Of a stretch of DNA of 64,000 nucleotides, positions 57,009 through 64,000 are shown piece by piece; the stretch's first letter is position 1; each line of letters starts with the position of its first letter. The DNA comes from Candidatus Omnitrophota bacterium (GTDB lineage: Bacteria; Omnitrophota; Omnitrophia; Omnitrophales; Omnitrophaceae): NCBI GenBank assembly GCA_029561555.1, contig JAKQXH010000044.1:9691-73690 (forward strand), read 5' to 3'. A program made the position numbers and the translations under genes. Under the pieces are notes generated by a model, which was not told where the DNA came from, searched no databases, and saw nothing but the letters and a program-made list of their open reading frames with translations.

Positions 57009-57905
57009 ATGATCAGACGGTTTGTTCTAGCCAGTATTTTTCTCGCGTTGGCGTATCTTGCGTTTCTTTCGTTCCGTCTATGGTTTGAGACGGTCGAACG
57101 GAAGGAAGGCGTGAGTCTGAAAAGCGAGGAGATTGAGCACCATAAGGTGTACAGTTTTTCTTTTTCCAAATACACGACGACGGGAAAGAAAGAACTCGAG
57201 ATCGAAGGGGACAGCGCGAATATTTTGGCGAAGACCGTTGCGTTGAGTAACGTGATTGCCAAGGCCTATGCGAACGACACTCCCGTAACCGTTACCGCGG
57301 ACGAGGGAATGTTCGATAAATCTTCCAATACGGTTCATTTGCAGAAAAATGTGATCGCGACGACTCAGGAGGGCGCGCGGCTTCTTTCTCCGTCCCTCAA
57401 TATTCACCCGACCGAGAAATCTCTGGATACCGCGGATCAGGTGACCGTAAGAAAAGACAATATCGACGTGCAAGGGACCGGCGCGTCGGGCGATTCTCAG
57501 CTCAAGACCGTGAAATTTCACAAAAATGTCACCGTGGTAATTCAGAATACCGATCCGAAAAGTTCCGTGCCGACCGTGATCACTTGCGACGGGCCCCTGA
57601 ATATCGATTACACCAACCACATTGCGTATTTCAATAAAAACGTGGTGACGACGGATCATCGGGGGAAACTGACGGCCGATAAGATGGATGTCTATTACGA
57701 TCAGGCTTCGAAACAAATCGATCATATCGTTGCAACGGGAAACGTAGTGATCATGACACCGGAAGGAAACGCGACCTACAGCGACGAAGTCGTCTATTAC
57801 GCGAAAGAAGGCCGGGTGGTCATCGGCGGCGGGACCGAAGCGGTTTATTTTCCCGGGAGCGAAAACGGGACCGAGACTCCCGCGTTTTTAAGCGAGAAGA
57901 AATAG
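57009..57905 (+). CDS. LptC/LptA-like LPS transport protein (N-terminal TM anchor plus OstA-like beta-jellyroll repeats; possibly fused LptC-LptA).
   Basis: N-terminal TM helix FVLASIFLALAYLAFL. Two OstA_N-like segments. Directly upstream of lptB. Confidence 0.55.
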   Translation: MIRRFVLASIFLALAYLAFLSFRLWFETVERKEGVSLKSEEIEHHKVYSFSFSKYTTTGKKELEIEGDSANILAKTVALSNVIAKAYANDTPVTVTADEGMFDKSSNTVHLQKNVIATTQEGARLLSPSLNIHPTEKSLDTADQVTVRKDNIDVQGTGASGDSQLKTVKFHKNVTVVIQNTDPKSSVPTVITCDGPLNIDYTNHIAYFNKNVVTTDHRGKLTADKMDVYYDQASKQIDHIVATGNVVIMTPEGNATYSDEVVYYAKEGRVVIGGGTEAVYFPGSENGTETPAFLSEKK

Positions 57906-57916
57906 AGGAGAAAATC

Positions 57917-58642
57917 TTGGAACTTTTAGAGACCGTGGACCTTGTCAAATCCTATCATGGGCGTTGCGTCGTCAACCGTGTGTCGATTCAAATCGGGCAG
58001 GGAGAGATTGTGGGGCTTTTGGGGCCGAATGGGGCCGGTAAGACGACGACGTTCCATATGATTGTCGGGGTTATTCATCCCGAGCAGGGACAGATCTTAT
58101 TCCGCGGGGAGGATATTACTCAGCTTCCGATTTACAAACGGGCTCGCCTGGGGATCGGATATCTTGCGCAGGAGCCTTCGATTTTTAGAAAGCTGACCGT
58201 CGAAGAAAATATTATGGCGATTCTTGAAACGTTAGATATTTCCCAGGAGGAACGCGAAAAACGACTAAAAAAACTTCTGAACGATTTGGATATCGCCTAT
58301 CTCGCTAAAAGCAAAGCGTATACGCTTTCCGGAGGGGAGCGGAGGCGGCTTGAAATCACAAGAGCCCTGGTTACCAACCCGTCGTTGATTTTGCTGGACG
58401 AACCGTTCAGCGGCGTGGATCCGATCGCGGTCTTTGAAGTCCAAAAAATTCTGGGGAGATTAAAATCTCAGGGACTGAGTATTTTGCTTACGGATCACAG
58501 CGTGAGAGAAACTCTGGCGATCACGGATCGATCTTACATTATCTATGAAGGAAAAGTGGAAGTCTCGGGGACTTCGCAATTTTTATCGACGGATAAGAAG
58601 GCCCGCGAGATTTACTTGGGAGAAAGGTTTTCGCTAGCGTAA
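57917..58642 (+). CDS. lptB: LPS export ABC transporter ATP-binding protein LptB.
   Basis: Walker A GPNGAGKTT. ABC signature LSGGERRRLEI. 241 aa. Conserved lptC/A-lptB-hpf-ptsN context. Confidence 0.85.
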   Translation: MELLETVDLVKSYHGRCVVNRVSIQIGQGEIVGLLGPNGAGKTTTFHMIVGVIHPEQGQILFRGEDITQLPIYKRARLGIGYLAQEPSIFRKLTVEENIMAILETLDISQEEREKRLKKLLNDLDIAYLAKSKAYTLSGGERRRLEITRALVTNPSLILLDEPFSGVDPIAVFEVQKILGRLKSQGLSILLTDHSVRETLAITDRSYIIYEGKVEVSGTSQFLSTDKKAREIYLGERFSLA

Positions 58643-58678
58643 GGCGGGGCTTAAAAAAATCAATAAGGAGGAACGGCT

Positions 58679-59239
58679 TTGGAAATTCGGATTATCGGGA
58701 AACACATGGAAGTGACGGACCGTATGCGGGAGCATATGGAGGAGAAGCTTGAGAAACTCGCAAAGTACCTTTACAAAGTTGTGGAAGTGCAAATCGTCTT
58801 GAAGAGGGAAAAATATCTTTGTATCGTGGAAATCACGGTTTTGGGGAAAGGCCTTCGGATTTACAGCGAGGCGCGGAGCGAGGATAATTTCTTTACGGCC
58901 TTTGATATGGTTCAGGAAAAAGTTCTGGCCCAGTTGAAGAAGAGGAGAGAAAAACTCAAGGATCATAAATGCCGGGGAAGAGAAAAGAGAAATGCCCGGG
59001 AAGAAGGGTTGTTTGAGTCTCTGTTGACGGCGGGAACCGAGCCGGAAGCAAAGGGGAGGGGGAAGATCCTCAAAGACCGGGACGCTTCTGAGTTAAAACC
59101 GATGTCGGCGGAAGAGGCAAGGGCTTTGCTTGAGGCTTCCGAAAAGAATTTTGTTGTTTTTCGGAATTTTAAAACGCTGAAATTAAATGTAATTTACCGT
59201 CGAACGGACGGCAACTTTGGCTTAATCGAACCGGAATAG
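58679..59239 (+). CDS. hpf: Ribosome hibernation-promoting factor (long HPF).
   Basis: MEIRIIGKHMEVTDRMREHMEEKLEKLAKY..., the typical RaiA/HPF N-terminal domain plus C-terminal extension. TTG start with an AAGGAGG RBS. Confidence 0.8.
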   Translation: MEIRIIGKHMEVTDRMREHMEEKLEKLAKYLYKVVEVQIVLKREKYLCIVEITVLGKGLRIYSEARSEDNFFTAFDMVQEKVLAQLKKRREKLKDHKCRGREKRNAREEGLFESLLTAGTEPEAKGRGKILKDRDASELKPMSAEEARALLEASEKNFVVFRNFKTLKLNVIYRRTDGNFGLIEPE

Positions 59240-59266
59240 GAATAATAGGAGTGGGAAGGAGCGAAT

Positions 59267-59731
59267 ATGAAGATCACGGATATTCTGAGTAAACAGGCGA
59301 TTAAAATCGGGCTGGACGCTTCCAATAAGGAAGAGGCCCTGAAAGAGCTCGTCGATGTCTTGACGACGGTCAAAGATGTGGGGGACAAGAAAGCGATCGT
59401 GAAAGCGCTGATCGAACGGGAAAACCTGGGTTCGACGGGGATCGGACAGGGGATCGCAATTCCGCACGGGAAGACCGATCGGGTGAATGAATTGATCGCG
59501 GTTTTGGGGATCAGCAAAAAAGGGGTCAATTTCGAGGCTCTGGACGGAGAGCCGGTTTTTATTTTCTTTCTGCTGGTCGCGCCCAGGGATTCTGCGGGAC
59601 CTCACCTGAAGGCCCTTGCCAAGATTTCCCGTCTTTTGAGAGACAATTACATCTGCGAACTCCTCCGGAATTCAAAAGACGAAAAAGAGGCATATGACAT
59701 TATCCGGAACGAAGAAGAAAAACGGCATTAA
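59267..59731 (+). CDS. ptsN: PTS EIIA-Ntr (nitrogen regulatory IIA protein).
   Basis: PTS EIIA type-2 fold with GIGQGIAIPHGKTD (active His). 154 aa. Confidence 0.8.
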   Translation: MKITDILSKQAIKIGLDASNKEEALKELVDVLTTVKDVGDKKAIVKALIERENLGSTGIGQGIAIPHGKTDRVNELIAVLGISKKGVNFEALDGEPVFIFFLLVAPRDSAGPHLKALAKISRLLRDNYICELLRNSKDEKEAYDIIRNEEEKRH

Positions 59732-59764
59732 GCAATAGCCTTCCGGAAAACAAGAGGTATCGAT

Positions 59765-61054
59765 ATGCCCGAACAGAGGAAGCCTCGGTTTTTTAAATGG
59801 TTCTACCCGGGGATGGGGATCAAACGCTGGATTTCCGTCTGCACGTCAGGATTGTTTCTGATTGTTTTGGTCGCCGTTTATACAATCCGGTCTTTTTCGA
59901 AAAATAATGTTCTTTTGGCCGCTTTTTCCACGGCCCTTGTGATTTTCGGCGTTTTTCTGATCTATACCGGGATTCAGAACATGCTGAGGATTTTTGTGAA
60001 GACTCTGATGCCGGAGCGGAAGGAAGAATTGGTGGATCTGGTCTATCAGAAGAGGCAGGAGCGATTTCTGGAGCGGGGCCCCCGTGTGGTCGCAATCGGA
60101 GGGGGGACGGGACTTTCGACCCTCCTGCAGGGATTGAAAAAATACACCAAAAACATTACGGCCATTGTCACGGTGACGGATACCGGCGGGAGTTCGGGGC
60201 GTCTTCGCGACGAATTGGATATTCTGCCTCCCGGTGATATCCGGAACTGTTTGGTCGCGCTTGCCGACGCGGAACCTTTGATGCTCCAGCTTTTTCAGTA
60301 TCGATTTGAAAACGGATCGGGGTTGAAGGGGCACAGCTTCGGGAATCTTTTTATTACGGCATTATCCAAAGTGACCGGGGATTTTGATAAAGCCATTAAA
60401 GAGTCCAGCAAGGTGCTTGCGATTCGCGGGCATGTGATTCCGTCCACTTTGGAAAAAGTTTCTCTGGTCGGGGAATTTTTTGACGGGGCGGTTTTGAAAG
60501 GAGAAACGAATATCACGGGTCGGGGGATGCCGATCAAACGGGTATGGCTCGAGCCCGAGAATTGTCACGCGACGCCCGAATCACTCGACGCGATCGAAAA
60601 CGCGGACGTCATTATTTGCGGACCGGGAAGCCTTTTTACGAGCGTGCTTCCCAATCTTTTGATTTCGGAAATCCTGCAAAAGATTTTATCGTCGGAAGCC
60701 AAGAAATTTTATGTCGCGAATGTCATGACCCAACCCGGTGAGACGGACGGGTTTTCGGTTTTTGATCATTTGGAATCGTTGATCCGGCACACCGATCCGC
60801 GCCTGGTGGATACGGTTTTTGTCAACACGGATCCGGTTCCCGAGAATCTTCTGACGAAATATCAAAGTCAGAACGCATCTCAGGTGCGGATCGATATCGA
60901 GAAAATCCGGGAACGCGGATATGAAGTCGTGGAAGGCAGCATGGTTAAATTCGGAGAGCAGGTTCGGCACGATCCGGAGTTGCTCGCAAAACTAATGTTC
61001 GAAAAGTTACTGGAAATGAACGCGCAGAAAGATCGTGTGACCGTCGAAAGGTAA
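59765..61054 (+). CDS. YvcK/UPF0052 (CofD-like) family protein with an N-terminal membrane anchor.
   Basis: Two N-terminal TM helices, then VVAIGGGTGLSTLL...VTVTDTGGSSGRLR, typical of the YvcK gluconeogenesis-factor family. Confidence 0.7.
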   Translation: MPEQRKPRFFKWFYPGMGIKRWISVCTSGLFLIVLVAVYTIRSFSKNNVLLAAFSTALVIFGVFLIYTGIQNMLRIFVKTLMPERKEELVDLVYQKRQERFLERGPRVVAIGGGTGLSTLLQGLKKYTKNITAIVTVTDTGGSSGRLRDELDILPPGDIRNCLVALADAEPLMLQLFQYRFENGSGLKGHSFGNLFITALSKVTGDFDKAIKESSKVLAIRGHVIPSTLEKVSLVGEFFDGAVLKGETNITGRGMPIKRVWLEPENCHATPESLDAIENADVIICGPGSLFTSVLPNLLISEILQKILSSEAKKFYVANVMTQPGETDGFSVFDHLESLIRHTDPRLVDTVFVNTDPVPENLLTKYQSQNASQVRIDIEKIRERGYEVVEGSMVKFGEQVRHDPELLAKLMFEKLLEMNAQKDRVTVER

Positions 61055-61067
61055 GCCGTACAAAAAT

Positions 61068-61367
61068 ATGAGACAGGATAAAAATCCGCAGCAGGACGGG
61101 GCGCTGCACCAGAAAAAGATTACGGTGACGAATAAACTCGGGCTTCATGCGCGTCCGGCGGCGATGTTCGTGGAATTGGCTAAGAAATTCGAAAGCCTGA
61201 TCACGATACGCAAGGGCCGGCAGAAGGTGGACGGAAAATCAATCATGGGCCTGATGACGCTTGCGGCCGGGCCCGGTACGGAGATTACCCTAATGGCCGA
61301 GGGGCATGACGCCAAAGAGGCGATTCAGGGGCTCGGGAAATTATTTGAAACGAATTTCGGAGAATAA
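61068..61367 (+). CDS. ptsH: Phosphocarrier protein HPr (NPr-type in this Ntr context).
   Basis: GLHARPA active-site His15 motif. 99 aa. Confidence 0.8.
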   Translation: MRQDKNPQQDGALHQKKITVTNKLGLHARPAAMFVELAKKFESLITIRKGRQKVDGKSIMGLMTLAAGPGTEITLMAEGHDAKEAIQGLGKLFETNFGE

Positions 61368-61370
61368 GAC

Positions 61371-63116
61371 ATGATTTCAATTCAGGGGATCCCGGTGTCG
61401 CCGGGAATCGCAATCGGCAAGGCTCTGGTCCTTCATCGGGAGGATTTGGTAGTTCCCAACCGGTTGATCGGCGATGAGCAGATCCCTCAGGAGATTGCCA
61501 AATTTGAAGACGGGTTGACGAAAACCCGCGCGGAAATTTTGGGCATTCGCCGCAAGATCTCCCAGGAGCTCGGACGGGAGCATTCCGATATTTTTAACGC
61601 GCACCTTTTGATTCTCGAAGACCGCACGCTGATCGAGGATGTGATCCTGAAAGTGAAAGAAGATAAGGTCAACACGGAATACGCCTTCAGCCAAGTGATT
61701 CAAAGATATTTTCAGGCGTTTTCGAAGATCGATGACGAATACCTCCGCGAAAGAATCGCTGATATCAAGGACATCAGCCGGCGAATCCTGCAGAATCTGA
61801 TGGGAGAGACGCGCGACATCCTTGGGAAGCTAAAAGAGCCCGTGATTGTGATCGCCCACGATCTTTCTCCTTCGGATACAGCCGTGATGGCCCGGGACAA
61901 AGTTCTCGGATTTGCCACCGACGTCGGCGGGCCGACGTCTCATACGGCGATCATGGCGCGTTCCCTTGAAATTCCGGCGATCGTGGGGTTGGACCGGATC
62001 AGCAAGGATGTGGTCCCCGGCGATGTGGTGATCTTGGACGGGAATCACGGCTTGATCGTCGTCAATCCGGATCCGGAAACGATCGAACGGTATCGGTTGG
62101 ATGAGAAGAAATTCATTGAAATCAACCGGGAATTATCGAAGCTCAAAGATTTCAAAGCCGAAACGCTGGACGGTCATGCGGTCAAATTAGTCGCCAATAT
62201 CGAATTCCCGACGGAAATTCCTTCGGTCCTGGCGCACGGGGCGGACGGAATCGGCCTGTACCGGACGGAATATTTTTACTTGAACCGGAATGACCTCCCT
62301 TCGGAAGAGGAGCAATTCGAAGCCTACAAATCGGTCGCCGAACGCATGAATCCTTATCCGGTCGTCGTTCGCACGTTGGATTTGGGGGGAGATAAATTCC
62401 TCTCTTCGCTTGAGCTTCCGTATGAAATGAATCCTTTTCTGGGATGGCGCGCGATCCGTTTTTGTCTGACGCGCGTGGACATTTTTAAAACTCAAATGAG
62501 GGCCATCCTCCGGGCGTCCAAGTACGGAAATCTCAAAATCATGTATCCCCTGATTGCGAACGTGCAGGAGTTGCGGCAGGCGAATCAACTTTTGGAGGAA
62601 TGCCGCCAGGAACTTCGCTCGGACGGGACGGCTTTTGACGAAAAGATGGAAGTGGGGGTGATGATCGAAATCCCTTCCGCGGCCCTGACCAGCGACATCC
62701 TTGCCAAGGAAGTGGATTTCTTCTCGATCGGTACGAATGATCTGATTCAATATTCTCTCGCGATTGACCGCGTGAATGAAAAAATCGCCTATCTATACGA
62801 GCCAACGCATCCGGCCATTCTTAAACTAATCAAAACGGTGGTTCAGAACGGTCATGCCAACGGAATTTGGGTCGGGACCTGCGGGGAAATGAGCGGGGAT
62901 CCCATTCTGGCGATTCTTCTGGTGGGATTGGGGATTGACGGGATCAGCACCAGTCCTTTAATCCTTCCGAAAGTCAAAAAAGCGATTCGGGCTGTGACGT
63001 ACGAACAGGCCAAAGAATTAGCCGAAACGGCATTTCGGTTCTCCACAGGGGAAGAAATCCGGCACTTTCTGGACGAGAGAATCCGGGAAGCCGTTCCCGA
63101 GCTGATCGAAGAATAA
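61371..63116 (+). CDS. ptsI: Phosphoenolpyruvate-protein phosphotransferase (PTS enzyme I).
   Basis: 581 aa. PEP-utilising enzyme motifs (GGPTSHTAIMARSLEIPA; CGEMSGDP). Confidence 0.85.
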   Translation: MISIQGIPVSPGIAIGKALVLHREDLVVPNRLIGDEQIPQEIAKFEDGLTKTRAEILGIRRKISQELGREHSDIFNAHLLILEDRTLIEDVILKVKEDKVNTEYAFSQVIQRYFQAFSKIDDEYLRERIADIKDISRRILQNLMGETRDILGKLKEPVIVIAHDLSPSDTAVMARDKVLGFATDVGGPTSHTAIMARSLEIPAIVGLDRISKDVVPGDVVILDGNHGLIVVNPDPETIERYRLDEKKFIEINRELSKLKDFKAETLDGHAVKLVANIEFPTEIPSVLAHGADGIGLYRTEYFYLNRNDLPSEEEQFEAYKSVAERMNPYPVVVRTLDLGGDKFLSSLELPYEMNPFLGWRAIRFCLTRVDIFKTQMRAILRASKYGNLKIMYPLIANVQELRQANQLLEECRQELRSDGTAFDEKMEVGVMIEIPSAALTSDILAKEVDFFSIGTNDLIQYSLAIDRVNEKIAYLYEPTHPAILKLIKTVVQNGHANGIWVGTCGEMSGDPILAILLVGLGIDGISTSPLILPKVKKAIRAVTYEQAKELAETAFRFSTGEEIRHFLDERIREAVPELIEE

Positions 63117-63237
63117 GAAGAATTGTTGTCCTCCCTTCGGGTGAGCGCAAAAAAAACATGCGGGGCAAGGCCGGTATTGATTCGGAACGTTGCATCCGAG
63201 TCTTCGAAAATATTTTGGGATAAAACGGCGAACGGGA

Positions 63238-64000
63238 ATGAAAAACAAAAAGCGAATTGCCGAAAATTCCGGGAAAATGCTGAAACTGCTGGAAGCGTTT
63301 CCGTCCCAGCTTCTTGACGCGTATCGCATCGGGGTCTCCTTCCGGGGGCTTTCGCGCATGCCGTCACTGAAAACGATCGTTTTTTCGGGTGTCGGAGGGT
63401 CGGCTATCGGAGCCGATGTGGTCAAGGATCTTCTGCGGAACCGTTCGAAAGTTCCGGTTTCCGTCAGCCGCAGCTACCGGCTTCCCGCGTTTGTGGATTC
63501 CGGGACGTTGCTGGTCGTGAGCAGCTACTCCGGAAATACCGAAGAGACGCTTCATGCATACGAGGAAGGACGGCGGAGGAGGGCGAAAATAATCGCCGTG
63601 AGTTCGGGCGGGAAACTTGAGGTTTTGGCTTCGCGCTTCGGTACGCCGCAGATCAAGTTACCCTGCGGGATCCCGCCCCGGATGACCATCGGATATTCCG
63701 TCATCCCGATTTTGCTGATTTTGGACCGTTTGGGGGTGGCGTCTTTGTTACGGAAAGATTTTAACGAAACAGTCGGCGTTTTGGAGAAACAGCGAAACGA
63801 GCTGGCGACCGGCATTTCAAGCCGGAATGAAGCGGTTTCTTTGGCCGAAAAGCTTCAGGGGAAGGTCCCCGTGATTTACGCTTCCGATCATTTGGAGGCC
63901 GTATGCCTCCGATGGCGGGGGCAAATTGAGGAGAATGCGGAGGCGCTGGCGGCGCATCATTTGATTCCCGAGATGAATCACAATGAAATCGCGGGATGGG
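63238..64000 (+). CDS. Bifunctional phosphoglucose/phosphomannose isomerase-like SIS-domain protein (3'-partial; continues beyond the window).
   Basis: ATG at 63238 with the frame open to the window end. SIS-type motif IVFSGVGGSAIGADV...VVSSYSGNTEETL. Confidence 0.5.
   Translation, partial: MKNKKRIAENSGKMLKLLEAFPSQLLDAYRIGVSFRGLSRMPSLKTIVFSGVGGSAIGADVVKDLLRNRSKVPVSVSRSYRLPAFVDSGTLLVVSSYSGNTEETLHAYEEGRRRRAKIIAVSSGGKLEVLASRFGTPQIKLPCGIPPRMTIGYSVIPILLILDRLGVASLLRKDFNETVGVLEKQRNELATGISSRNEAVSLAEKLQGKVPVIYASDHLEAVCLRWRGQIEENAEALAAHHLIPEMNHNEIAGW

Overview
This 64-kb window has a GC content of roughly 52-54% and appears to come from a diderm (LPS-making) bacterium. Positions ~5,000-48,600 are an accessory locus. 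It holds eight paralogous cobalamin-binding (class B) radical-SAM genes, one of them frameshifted, and four SPASM/twitch radical-SAM genes. Each SPASM gene sits beside a B12-rSAM gene, giving four adjacent two-gene pairs. These are interleaved with four very large polytopic YfhO/GT-C-like membrane proteins and several GT2 glycosyltransferases, two of them GtrB/CsbB-like polyprenyl-phosphate sugar synthases. The locus also encodes an NDP-heptose-type sugar-nucleotide pathway: an HddC-like nucleotidyltransferase, an HddA-like GHMP kinase, an Fcl-like epimerase/reductase, a ColD-like PMP enzyme with His in place of the Schiff-base Lys, a split TPP-dependent E1 alpha/beta pair, and two SDR epimerase/dehydratases. 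Nearly all of these genes are co-linear on the minus strand from ~43.5 kb down to ~17 kb with gaps of at most 70 bp. A divergent plus-strand operon (43.7-48.6 kb) adds a secreted small protein, an exostosin-like glycosyltransferase, a SAM methyltransferase, a TRAM-less MTTase-like radical SAM and two hypothetical transferases, and ends at a clean intrinsic terminator. No precursor peptide, integrase, transposase, CRISPR array or rRNA was seen, and no tRNA-like structure was evident by eye in the longer intergenic regions (tRNA genes could not be systematically excluded). The 5' flank has a 1172-aa orphan ORF and lhgO. The 3' flank is core: hom-thrC followed by an ApgM-like proposed homoserine kinase, then pyrG, kdsA, kdsD, an lpxL-like acyltransferase, an LptC/LptA-like protein, lptB, hpf, ptsN, a YvcK-like protein, HPr, ptsI and the start of a pgi/pmi-type isomerase. 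The central finding is that the radical-SAM / YfhO / GT2 locus looks like a previously undescribed system for tailoring an envelope glycan or glycolipid.
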